32,000 nucleotides of DNA, from contig CP060222.1 of the NCBI GenBank assembly GCA_023898425.1, forward strand, positions 780,001-812,000, written 5' to 3'. Shown one piece after another: positions 10,038-19,213 of this stretch. Source of the DNA: Candidatus Saccharimonadota bacterium (lineage in GTDB: Bacteria; Patescibacteriota; Patescibacteriia; 2-12-FULL-60-25). Below the pieces are notes generated by a model. The model had not been told where the DNA came from and ran no database searches. It saw only the letters and a list, made by a program, of their open reading frames with translations. Numbering within the stretch: position 1 is the stretch's first letter; every line of letters starts with the position of its first letter. A program made the translations under genes and the position numbers.

Positions 10038-11408
10038 TGGATTTGATCCAGCCAACCAATTCTTCTTTTTGATGGTGATTTGTTCCATGGTGTCGCGATC
10101 TCTGATGGTGATGGTGCCCTGTTCTTTGGTGGCGCCGTCGATTGCGATACACCATGGTGTACCGATTTCGTCTTGACGACGATAGCGCTTACCGATGGAT
10201 CCTGAATCATCATATTCGGTAACGATACCTGCTTTGCGCAATTCACCGGTGATCTCTTTACCAATTTCTGGTAAACCGTCTTTCTTTACAACAGGTAACA
10301 CTGCGACTTTTACTGGAGCGAGTGCTGCAGGCAAGCGCAATACCATACGTGGTTCTTTTTCGCCTTCGTTTGCTGTATCTGCTTCATCGATATCGAGATG
10401 TTCGCAAAGCACAGCAAGAACAGTGCGGCTTAATCCCCACGTTGGTTCAATGACGTATGGGATATAGCGCTCACCGGACTCTTGATCAAACCAACGAAGA
10501 TCTTCGTTTGAGTACTTCATGTGTCTACCAAGGTCATGGTCGGTGCGATTTGCTAAACCGTAGAGCTCTTTTTGACCAAATGGGTATTGGTATTCTGTAT
10601 CAATGGTACGAGCTGAGTAAAAAGCACGGTCAGCTTCGCTAATTTCTTTGTAGACCACATTTTCTGGCTTGAGCTTGAGTACGTCGTGGATCCATGTCTT
10701 CATCTCGCTCAACCAATGTTCGAAGTGCTCCGGAGCTTCTTCTGGTTTTACAAAGTACTCAATCTCCATTTGCTCAAATTCACGCGTACGAAAAATAAAG
10801 TTGCCAGGTGTGATTTCGTTACGAAAAGCACGACCAACTTGAGCGATACCAAATGGTAATTTTTTGCGCATGGTGTCACGAATATCCTTCCAGGTTGTAA
10901 ACATCCCCGCGGCTGTCTCTGGACGTAAGTAAGCGGTATTTACCGTGTCTTCCGTCACACCGATAAATGTTTTGAACATCAAATTGAAATTACGCACTTC
11001 ACCAAGCTCCCCACCACATGAAGGACAGACGGTATCATGAATCGTAATACTGGATGCTTTTTCTTCGCCAACCTCTGCTTGCTTTGCTTCGATCAAATGA
11101 TCAGCACGATGACGTTTTTTACATTTTTTACAATCAACAAGTGGGTCACTAAATGTTTCAAGATGACCAGATGCCTCCCATACTTTTGGATTTTGGATAA
11201 TAGGCGTATCAACACCAACAATATCTTCGCGACCATGCACAAACATCTTCCACCATGCATCACGAATATTGTTTTTTAGCTCAGTACCGTATGGACCATA
11301 ATCAAAAGAGTTGGCAAAACCTCCATAGATATCCGAATCCGGATACACAAAGCCGCGTCGTTTGCATAACGACACAAGGAGCTCCATTTTTTTCTCGTTG
11401 GATATCAT
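10008..11408 (-). CDS. glyQS: Glycine--tRNA ligase, alpha2 (GlyQS) type
   Basis: 466-aa ORF. The N-terminus reads LVSLCKRRGFVYPDSDIYGG..FDYGPYG, class II motifs are present, and the C-terminus has an anticodon-binding domain (VAVLP..). Confidence 0.9.
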   Translation of the reverse strand: MISNEKKMELLVSLCKRRGFVYPDSDIYGGFANSFDYGPYGTELKNNIRDAWWKMFVHGREDIVGVDTPIIQNPKVWEASGHLETFSDPLVDCKKCKKRHRADHLIEAKQAEVGEEKASSITIHDTVCPSCGGELGEVRNFNLMFKTFIGVTEDTVNTAYLRPETAAGMFTTWKDIRDTMRKKLPFGIAQVGRAFRNEITPGNFIFRTREFEQMEIEYFVKPEEAPEHFEHWLSEMKTWIHDVLKLKPENVVYKEISEADRAFYSARTIDTEYQYPFGQKELYGLANRTDHDLGRHMKYSNEDLRWFDQESGERYIPYVIEPTWGLSRTVLAVLCEHLDIDEADTANEGEKEPRMVLRLPAALAPVKVAVLPVVKKDGLPEIGKEITGELRKAGIVTEYDDSGSIGKRYRRQDEIGTPWCIAIDGATKEQGTITIRDRDTMEQITIKKKNWLAGSNPKSKTPFGEF

Positions 11409-11418
11409 AGTAGAGAGG

Positions 11419-11973
11419 TTAGACGGTCATGATTTCTTTTTCTTTGTCTTCGGTCATGATCTCGATTTTAGCATTCCATTCGCCTGTTGCTTTATCAAGA
11501 CGTTCAAGCTCACGACGTTCTTCGTCTTCACCAATCGCTTTGTCTTTTTTGTCTTGCTGGATTGCTGAGCGAACTTTTTCGCGTACGTTACGAATAGCGA
11601 TCTTTGCTCCTTCTTCGCGTTGACGTAAAAGCTTTACCATCGATTTACGATTGTCTTCGGTCATTGGTGGCATTACCAAACGAATAATCGTTCCTGCCGT
11701 ATTTGGCATCATCCCAATATTTGCCTCAACAATAGCCTTCTCAACATCTTTTACGATGGTCTTGTCCCAAGGCTCAATTTGAAGTGTCTTGGCATCCGGT
11801 ACAGTAACCGAAGCGCAGGATTTTAAATCCATCGACTGACCGTAGGCAACAACATGAATGCCCTCAACCAAACCTGGATGAGCGCGCCCTGTACGAAAAC
11901 CTTGTAATTCTTGGTGAAAGTGATCAATCACCGCCTGAAATTCTGCTTTATTTGCATCAATATGATTAGCCAT
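11419..11973 (-). CDS. frr: Ribosome recycling factor
   Basis: 184 aa from MANHIDANKAEF. Matches include FRTGRAHPGLVEGI, PWDK and AIRNVRE. The upstream ATG at 12018 adds an implausible extension. Confidence 0.9.
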   Translation of the reverse strand: MANHIDANKAEFQAVIDHFHQELQGFRTGRAHPGLVEGIHVVAYGQSMDLKSCASVTVPDAKTLQIEPWDKTIVKDVEKAIVEANIGMMPNTAGTIIRLVMPPMTEDNRKSMVKLLRQREEGAKIAIRNVREKVRSAIQQDKKDKAIGEDEERRELERLDKATGEWNAKIEIMTEDKEKEIMTV

Positions 11974-12033
11974 AGTTAGGCGAAGATTGCCACGAGCTAA
12001 AAGAAAAAGCAACCTCACGGTTGCTTTTTGCGT

Positions 12034-13101
12034 TTATTTTTTTGTTCCTGGCAATGTTCCCATATACAACGTCGTCTGTGTCGGTGTTACGGTATATTGA
12101 AAGAATGATGCCCCGCGACTCGAAGGAAGTTTCTTTGGCGTCCATGTTTGACCACCATCCGCGCTCCAAATGATAGCCTTGTCAGTTGCATAGACGAGGC
12201 GGTTTGCGTCTTTTGGATGAACGGCGAAAGCACGCATTTCAACAGAGTTTGGTGGCGTTGGTAGATTGAGAGCCGTCCACGTTGCGCCTGCATCATCAGA
12301 TCGAACAATACCAAATTTTGAAACAAGGTAGAGGCGATTTTTTGTTAGCGGATCAAGAGCGATAAAGTTTCCACGACGAGCGCCATCAAAAGCGTCGAGC
12401 TCTTTGCGGATTTGCGTCCATGTTTGACCACCATCAACAGATTTTACTAATCCCTGACGATCTACCAAACCGTACACAACACGAGAATCGGTAGGGTCCA
12501 TGATGAGCTGAAGAATCTTTGCTCCTTCTACACGATGAACAACCTTCCAGGCAACTCCACCATTATCTGATCTCACAATATCCCCATCAGAAGTACCAGC
12601 GTAGAGAATATTTGGATTATACCAATCGATCATCATCGAAAGAAACTGTTTGTCGGTGCGTGGATCAAAATAGGCTTGTGTCCAATCACGCGCACAGTTA
12701 TCCGTCTTCATGATCTGATTGTTACGAGCGGCAAAAATCGTACACTTTTCTTTTGGATGTACGCTGATAGCATTTACATGTCCTGCATTTAAACCTCCAG
12801 CGCTTTGCCATGACTCGCCCGCATCAAGTGAGTAGATGACGCCATTCTCAACGGTGCCTGCATACATCGCTTTGGCATCTTGCGGATCGCTTGCGAGGGT
12901 CACGATCCCCATATTGGCAATACTCGCTTGTTTTACACCAAGGTTTAGCACTTTTAGCTGACTCCAGATTTCGCCTTGATCACGCGTGATAAAAATACCG
13001 CCATCAGGACCTGTTGGTTGCGCGGTTGATGTACCGCAGCCAGCACCGGTAAGGACAAGCGCCATCAAAACAGGCGCGATCATTCGAGAAGTAAGGTTCA
13101 T
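12034..13101 (-). CDS. BNR/Asp-box repeat beta-propeller lipoprotein (Ycf48/sialidase-like fold)
   Basis: Signal peptide with lipobox LTGAGC. There are six S/T-x-D-x-G-x-x-W boxes (TRDQGEIW, SLDAGESW, SDNGGVAW, SVDGGQTW, SDDAGATW, SADGGQTW). Confidence 0.7.
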   Translation of the reverse strand: MNLTSRMIAPVLMALVLTGAGCGTSTAQPTGPDGGIFITRDQGEIWSQLKVLNLGVKQASIANMGIVTLASDPQDAKAMYAGTVENGVIYSLDAGESWQSAGGLNAGHVNAISVHPKEKCTIFAARNNQIMKTDNCARDWTQAYFDPRTDKQFLSMMIDWYNPNILYAGTSDGDIVRSDNGGVAWKVVHRVEGAKILQLIMDPTDSRVVYGLVDRQGLVKSVDGGQTWTQIRKELDAFDGARRGNFIALDPLTKNRLYLVSKFGIVRSDDAGATWTALNLPTPPNSVEMRAFAVHPKDANRLVYATDKAIIWSADGGQTWTPKKLPSSRGASFFQYTVTPTQTTLYMGTLPGTKK

Positions 13102-14033
13102 ACAAAAAGAGTTTTAATAAAAGTAGGGATTCGATGTTGTGGGTCACGATACGGTTTTAGCGCTCCCCATTCGAGAGCAAGGTGCGGAGAAATCGCCGTA
13201 CCCAATAATCTCCATGCCCATACTATAGCATGAGCGACCTCTTTTGAACGCATTCCGTCTTGTTTCATAATTGTCGTAGAAGCAGATTGCAACAAAAGTA
13301 ATTCATCCTCCCAAGCTTGCTCTGAGTTTTCGGCATACTGACAGCGCTTCGCGAGCCGCTCTAATTCACTCACTACACGACCTGGATTACCATCAACCAA
13401 AACCCTGACAAGTCGAAAAGCTTCTTCGCGATTACGTGTCACGGTATCGAGTTGATAAACAAGTCTTAGCGCCATACCCATCGCACCATGTGCATATGTT
13501 GCTGCAATACCTGCTTCGTCAGGTTTGATGCCTCTGCCGATAAGTTCTTGCTGAATCGTCACTGTATCAAGGGGCAAAAAACGAATCGGCACGAGACGTG
13601 AACGAATCGTTCCAAAAACACGCTCTTCGCGATCGGACGTACAAAGAAAAACTACACCTGCCGGTGGCTCTTCGATAAGCTTTAACAAACTATTTGCAGA
13701 CTCTTCGTTTAAACGATCAATCGCCTCAATAATAACTACCTGGTGACCACCCTTTGCGGATGTAAGTGATAATCGAGAAATAAGATCACGTGCTTGTTTT
13801 ACTTTAATTTCTTTGGCGCCTTCTTCGCGCTTTAATACCATAAAATCTGGATGATGTTCGAGCGCATCAACATCATCAATTCTTAATAACTCTGCCGCAA
13901 CATGCTCTGCAATAAAACGCTTACCTGTACCTCGTGCACCCAAAAATAAATAGCCATTTACCGGCTGTATGGCGATACGCTTTAATACACGTAATAACTC
14001 TGGACGAACAACGACATCTTGCCATGGCTTCAT
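13098..14033 (-). CDS. holB: DNA polymerase III delta-prime subunit (clamp-loader AAA+)
   Basis: Matches include GYLFLGARGTGKRFIA, VVIIEAIDRLNEESANSLLKLIEEPP and SRLVPIRF. The start is set at MKPWQD (14033). A TTGACG (14064-14069) - 17 nt - CACACT (14041-14046) promoter 7 nt upstream suggests a leaderless mRNA. An alternative ATG lies at 14069. Confidence 0.8.
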   Translation of the reverse strand: MKPWQDVVVRPELLRVLKRIAIQPVNGYLFLGARGTGKRFIAEHVAAELLRIDDVDALEHHPDFMVLKREEGAKEIKVKQARDLISRLSLTSAKGGHQVVIIEAIDRLNEESANSLLKLIEEPPAGVVFLCTSDREERVFGTIRSRLVPIRFLPLDTVTIQQELIGRGIKPDEAGIAATYAHGAMGMALRLVYQLDTVTRNREEAFRLVRVLVDGNPGRVVSELERLAKRCQYAENSEQAWEDELLLLQSASTTIMKQDGMRSKEVAHAIVWAWRLLGTAISPHLALEWGALKPYRDPQHRIPTFIKTLFV

Positions 14034-14072
14034 ATAGAGGAGTGTGCCGTTCGTGCGAGATAGCGTCAAACG

Positions 14073-14099
14073 AAAAAAGCCCCATCAAAAGACAGGGCT
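14073..14099 (-). terminator. Weak rho-independent terminator after the 14144..15772 gene
   Basis: On the minus strand: agccc, 12-nt loop, gggct, followed by TTTTTT. The stem is short. Confidence 0.4.
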
Positions 14100-14143
14100 C
14101 TCATTCAGTAGTGTGACTCACGAGTTAAGTGAATCTAAAAGAG

Positions 14144-15772
14144 CTAACGACCGAGGTTCATCCCGCCGATCGTGATGATCAAGCCCGGATCAAAACGGGT
14201 TTGGGCACCATCGTTCAAGCGACGATCGGCATGATCAGCGACGCCAATCACACCTGACACCATCACAAATGGCGACCATCCTCGTTCACGCCAGGTATAA
14301 CCCACGTCGAGACGCAAGCCTCGTTGCCGCAGTTGGTACCAAGTACCATTTTGTTCCGCCAATTCTCCGTTACCGGAGTAGCGATGGCCAAAATGTGCAT
14401 TCGCTCCGAGGAGCAAATGACCTGCGGCGACGCCGAGCAGACCGACGCGATAATGCACCTGCCCTTGAACGGGGACATGCACACCGTCACGAAGACCAGC
14501 GCCTGCATCAACACCTCCAAGAAGGTAAAGATGAGGGACAAGCCGAATCGTGAGCGCGAGTCCGAGGCCAAAAAACTTCGGCGATCTTGATCCAGCGTGC
14601 GCTACCAATTGGTAGTACGAGGTAGCGAAGGATGTCTCGACGATCAAGCCGACACGTCCTTCGTTTGTTCGACGACCGCCACGTGAGCGACGAAGCTCCG
14701 GCACCTGAATGCCCTGACGATCATCTCCGTTTGTTGACAAAGGTGACTGTCGTGAAGGTTCGTCACCTTCAGCATCAGTGCTGGATCCTGCGGCCGAATC
14801 CGAATGAGTAGTTACTTCAGAGGTCGTACAGGACAATCGTTCTGTCGTGCCCCCGATTTCGTACTCAATAAATTCTTGGCCGGGTCGGCATAGCTGAGTA
14901 CGCTGCGCTCGGTAGATGCCACGCACCATGACACGTACGTGTTCCAAGATGACGTGATCCATTTCGAGCGAATCTGCTCGCACTTGTCCAATCTCTCGAC
15001 GAAGATCTTCGATCTGCATACGAAGAGCTTGAAGATCTCCGACCTGTTCTCGAAGCGCTTCGATTTGTTGCGCTTGTGTCAGGTCAGCGGTGCGCATCTC
15101 GAGCATCGCCTGCCGAATCACTTCGGCAAGAATGACACCTTCGGGCGTCAAACAAACGCCGGGGTTGCGATCCTCATCCGGTGTACCGCCAGACCCACTA
15201 TTGGGCTCGACGAGGTTTTGGATGAGTGCAACGAAACGAGCGCGAGAAGGATTTGCTGTACGACCTTCGCCGTACCACACACCACCAAGTCGCTCACAAA
15301 GCGTCTGCGCAATCTGCGCACGACCATCGCGCGCTGCAGGACCTTCGCCCAAAATCGGTAGCGACGGAATGACATAGGTCAACGCCGTATTATCCACCGC
15401 TGGTGAGCTAGGTTCTTGCGTTACGACAACCGTCGTTGTTCGTCTCGTGGTCGTTCTTGTCGGACGACGCCGAGGCTGCTGCGTTTCTGCCTGTGGTGTT
15501 GCCACATGTGCAGGCACATTACTGCAGCTATTCGCCCCAATGATGTACATGGTAGCAGCCGTGATACGCGCAGGGTTACCTACACAATCAGGCTGACTCG
15601 CAACGCACTGAATGGCTGCCGTTGGATCTGCACATGCTTGCCCCAGTTGATTGAGACATGTCATCGCACAGTTATATGCAGCCACCTGATCTGCTTCGGT
15701 TTGAGCATGAGTCGTCCCCGTATGGGCCGCCCACGCCAGCACCACGCTGACCACGATGATTGTTTTTCTCAT
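14144..15772 (-). CDS. Secreted protein of unknown function, high GC; signal peptide, Cys-containing N-domain, coiled coil, beta-rich C-terminal domain
   Basis: AGGAG lies 7 nt before the ATG at 15772. The signal peptide is MRKTIIVVSVVLAWAAHTGTTHAQ. There is a Thr/Arg-rich linker and a heptad-like QAQQIEALREQVGDLQALRMQIEDLRREIG. The C-terminal roughly 170 aa show alternating hydrophobic periodicity. It is intact and markedly GC-richer than the neighbouring holB. Confidence 0.7.
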   Translation of the reverse strand: MRKTIIVVSVVLAWAAHTGTTHAQTEADQVAAYNCAMTCLNQLGQACADPTAAIQCVASQPDCVGNPARITAATMYIIGANSCSNVPAHVATPQAETQQPRRRPTRTTTRRTTTVVVTQEPSSPAVDNTALTYVIPSLPILGEGPAARDGRAQIAQTLCERLGGVWYGEGRTANPSRARFVALIQNLVEPNSGSGGTPDEDRNPGVCLTPEGVILAEVIRQAMLEMRTADLTQAQQIEALREQVGDLQALRMQIEDLRREIGQVRADSLEMDHVILEHVRVMVRGIYRAQRTQLCRPGQEFIEYEIGGTTERLSCTTSEVTTHSDSAAGSSTDAEGDEPSRQSPLSTNGDDRQGIQVPELRRSRGGRRTNEGRVGLIVETSFATSYYQLVAHAGSRSPKFFGLGLALTIRLVPHLYLLGGVDAGAGLRDGVHVPVQGQVHYRVGLLGVAAGHLLLGANAHFGHRYSGNGELAEQNGTWYQLRQRGLRLDVGYTWRERGWSPFVMVSGVIGVADHADRRLNDGAQTRFDPGLIITIGGMNLGR

Positions 15773-15970
15773 CGTAATTCTCCTTGTGAAGGTGCGGCCC
15801 ATCCGCAACCAATTCGCCCGGCACGCTTGTCATCGGAGGAGATAGACAAACAAACCGAGCAAATAGGGTGCGGATGTTCTCCAAACAAGCTCTTCTCATT
15901 TACGATAAGGAGTTGTGTGGACGTTGGTCTTTACCATTAAAATATGGTTTTTGTCAACCCCCGTAGCGAC

Positions 15971-15992
15971 ATCCCTCGACTGCGCTCGGGAT
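15971..15992. repeat. Short GC-rich hairpin (family 2: stem + tcgact.cgctc loop)
   Basis: atccc tcgactgcgctc gggat. It is nearly identical in loop and layout to cacccc tcgactttgctc ggggtg at 25929-25952. Confidence 0.6.
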
Positions 15993-16025
15993 GACGTCAG
16001 ACCGCCCACGGAATGACAGTAATAG

Positions 16026-16260
16026 CCTCTCGATCCTCTCCTGGCCTCTCCGCGGAGCGAAGAGGTACACTGCGGAACCCTTACCGTCATCTCGACCGAC
16101 TGAGCACAGCGAAGAAGTGGAGAGATCATCGCAGCACGGCAGATGCCTCCACCCTCCTTACGTCGTCGGTCGGCATGACGGGGTGGTGCTGCGTCGTCGG
16201 TCGGCATGACGAGGCGGTGTCACCCTTCGTTCACACGGAGGGCAAGGGAGGATAACGAAG
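16026..16260 (+). repeat. Composite interspersed intergenic repeat, copy C (two 31-bp subrepeats)
   Basis: Same ordered modules as copies A, B and D. It lies inside the high-GC island, between the 15772 gene start and the lipoprotein pseudogene. Confidence 0.85.
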
Positions 16261-16869
16261 CCAGGATGACAGCCCGTTAGCGAAAGGCGGAGAAAGCCTT
16301 AAAATCCTCTCTACAATCATTCTCCTTTGTTGCCTTTTCTGGGCAATATCAATAATGCGATGCTCTAAACTAGCGCCATTTACACGAATATCTTGAACAA
16401 TAAGACCTCTGGCAAACTGACATTCGTTGGTAGGTTCACCACGTTTTGGGTAATTGGTCACGACAGCGTATTGCTCATCACCGGCATAAAAACGCACAAG
16501 AAACTGCTTATCTTCTGGGATGTCTTTGGTGATACAGGTAAAGCCAAATAATGTTGACGGCTTGTCTATAGGTGTTTGAATATCACACTTGGCAAGCACT
16601 CGTGACAAATCCTGACACCATCTCTACAGACGTTACAGCGCTCCAAGAGCGATCAATCGTACCTGTGACCACTAAAGTACCCGTACAGTCTGGTTGTTTA
16701 TAGGTACAAGGTTTAATCTCGTCTAATACAACCAAATTTGCTGCTGGTACTGGTTCTGTTGATGTTACCGTTATTGGTTCATCTTTATCTAAAAAGCAGG
16801 TAACTCACCGCAACCAGATAATGTCGTAACAGCGATAATCGCGCAGAGCGAGGTAATGAGGTGTTTCAT
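16231..16869 (-). pseudogene. Lipoprotein of unknown function, low GC, two frameshifts
   Basis: The ATG at 16869 gives MKHLITSLCAIIAVTTLSGC (lipobox LSGC), then a stop after 27 codons. Adding one T at the T5 run continues as AFLDKDEPITVTSTEPVPAANLVVLDEIKPC... A second shift joins ORF 16231..16608. The 3' end runs into repeat copy C. Confidence 0.6.
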
Positions 16870-16914
16870 AATCTTTCTCTTGGTCTATCGAACCCGCAAT
16901 CACCTGTCAAAGCC

Positions 16915-16948
16915 TAAAACGCAAAACCCACCACGAGAAGTGATGGGT
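16915..16948 (-). terminator. Rho-independent terminator immediately after the stop at 16949
   Basis: On the minus strand: acccatcac, loop, gtggtgggt (9 bp with one G-U pair), followed by tttgcgtttt. Confidence 0.6.
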
Positions 16949-17547
16949 TCAGCAGTTGGTGCTCGCACCGAGGTGCGAGCAAGGAACGGATCTCAAGTCG
17001 TCGAGAACGACCGTGGCGTCGTAGACGCCGGCAGTGGTTGCCTCGACGTTGACGCCGGGGCGGTCGAACACCCGTAGTGGTGAGCCTTCTGCACCTGGGA
17101 TGAACACCTGGCGTATCCTGTCGTCAACACCGGGTGGTGACCGCCGGACTGCCGTTCGCCGAAGCGGACGTGGATGTGTCGGAAGGAGCCGACACCAGAT
17201 CGCAGACGAATCGTCTGGTCGTGCCGGCATCGCTCGATGCCGTGCCGACGCATCGGAGGCAGGACATCGCGTGACCATCCGATCGACGAATGCGACCGGA
17301 GCGAGCGTCCTCGCCACGGTGACGTGCGGTGGGCACTGACATCCATCCGACCCTGGGTCAATGCGCTGCCCCGGGCAGCGGATGGCCGGACAGGTGATCA
17401 CGCCGCTGTCGGGGTGATCACGCCGCTGTCGAGGGTTGCCATCCCGCTGTCGGGGCTTGATGAGGTCCGCGTCGCACCCGATGGGGTGCGGCGCCGGCAG
17501 ATGCGATGATGAGGGCCGCAGGATCGAGATCTGCTTACGTTGGTCAT
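16949..17547 (-). pseudogene. High-GC ORF of unknown function with unstable reading frame
   Basis: A strong SD (AAGGAGG) lies 5 nt before the ATG at 17547. The frame closes at 17398, inside a 20/21/21-nt tandem repeat. The best-looking coding frame then changes at least twice more. The last segment (VFDRPGVNVEATTAGVYDATVVLDDL) has very high third-position GC. Confidence 0.4.
17393..17454. repeat. Tandem repeat, three units of 20, 21 and 21 nt
   Basis: The units are ggtgatcacgccgctgtcgg, ggtgatcacgccgctgtcgag and ggttgccatcccgctgtcggg. The 20-nt unit breaks the frame that would otherwise read DSG(M/V)(A/I)T.. three times. Confidence 0.8.
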
Positions 17548-17706
17548 TTTGCCCTCCTTAGGGCAACGTCGAATCGTGCATTTCGACGCGAAACTTTGAA
17601 AGAACAGACTCATAAGACCACCTGGCATATTTTGTCTTCACACGCATTGACAGTGAATGATGTTTCACGCCCAATGCCTAAGAAGACGCTAATTCAACTA
17701 GAGGAT

Positions 17707-17735
17707 ATTGTACACTATTTATTTGACATTGTCAA
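17707..17735 (-). promoter_or_regulatory. Strong sigma70-type promoter for the 17547 gene
   Basis: On the minus strand: TTGACA (17730-17735), 17-nt spacer, TACAAT (17707-17712). The -35 box is half of the perfect palindrome TTGACA-T-TGTCAA (17723-17735). Confidence 0.65.
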
Positions 17736-17831
17736 GGTTTCTTCACCTTCCAACTATCGGTTCACCACGTATGTGATGGACTCATAGATGGAGGTGAAAT
17801 GTAGAATACACTCAAGCCTCACCCAGATTCA

Positions 17832-19031
17832 TCAGATACTACTGGACATACAGGCAGAGACGGTTTGCACGCCACGCGGCCGCCAGGCGCGATCACGTAT
17901 CGTGTCACCCGTCAACGCGATGCCGTTGAAGGTGTAGTGAAACCCGTTGTCGGACAAGTCCGATCCAACAGGCGGTAGCGTGATGAGACGTCCGTACTCC
18001 CACCACCGAGACAGGTTGTTGCGCATGCCGACCGGGTCGGTCCATCGCAGACGACCTGCGCTCGAACGAACCCGCCCCAGACGATGAGCTTTCACCACCG
18101 AAGGTGGGTTGATCGTTTCGACCAGTACGTTGCGTGAAGCCGGACAAGGCGGGGTTACCCACGTTGTCGAATTGCAATGGCTCGGTTCGGCAACGACGAC
18201 GCAGCTTTTGCTGCGCTGAGCTCGAACACTGAGGGTGCCACCCTCGGGAGGAGGCGAGACCGGTACGCATCCGCATCGTTGGTCGACGAGCCCGGTCGCG
18301 AGTCATCGTCCTCACCGTTGTGGCAAAGGGCGTCCGTTTCGTGGGGGCGCCTGAGGAACCGGCGTGCAGTCGTTGGAGCTGTGACTGTGGTCGTCGCAGT
18401 CACGGTGTTTGAGCACGTAGCCCTCAGGCTGCGTCACTGACACCTGAGTGTGACAGGTCGCCACTGACAGCCGAAGCCATCGTCGTCGTAGTCTCGTACC
18501 AGGTCGTTCCCGACGAGCAGTCGAACTTCTCGTCGGGATCGTTATCGTCACAGTCTCCCGTGACCAGAACCCAGCCGGGTCACAGACGCCGGTGGTGAAC
18601 ACCTGACTCTGTGTCCCACCAACACTGTCACCGTCGACATCACGGAAGCATGTGACCGGAGTCACACACGCCGCGAGGGCGACGCAGATGACCGACTGGT
18701 TGTTGCAGAAGAGCTGGCCTCTACCCGAGGGGCAACCCTGCGGGGTGCAGGCGTCGCCGATCTCGTCGAAGCGAGGGTCATTCTGACACGGGGCCGGCGG
18801 ACTGCTTTCGCAGACCTCACCGGGCTTCACTGCGCAGATGCCGGTGGTGCCGGAGGCGTCGCACACGAGGTGCGTCGATCCGTCATCGCACGAGGCATCG
18901 CAGTCGTTCGCATCCAGGACTTCTCCCGGCGTACAGTAGCGAACGACACCGTCGGGCGCGTCGTCGACCGGGCCTGTGCAGTTGAAGCCGAAGAGCGGCA
19001 GAGCTGCGACTAGAATCAGAAACTTCTTCAT
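17832..19031 (-). pseudogene. Secreted Cys-rich protein with MopE-like DxDGD / DCDDxD metal-binding-type repeats, multiply frameshifted
   Basis: AAGGAG precedes the ATG at 19031. The signal peptide is MKKFLILVAALPLFGF and the N-terminal domain has many Cys. The motif elements DVDGDSVGG, PGWV..GDCDDNDP, RDYDDDGFG, PEGYV..DCDD and ETDALCHNGEDDD occur consecutively but in different frames between about 18300 and 18640. A further open frame continues to the stop at 17832. Confidence 0.5.
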
Positions 19032-19213
19032 GATGTCTCCTTCCCCACTAACCCGTGAGGGGTGGGTGGGGATTGGGTTGATTGTTAAAGAACGAGAGGC
19101 GCTGCATACTTGCAACGTTTACCCCTCAATCTCATGACGACAGAGTCATCACGAGGTATTGGAGGCCCAGCAGGAAAGTTTTTCAACTCTCAACTGCTGG
19201 GCAGAAGACCAAA

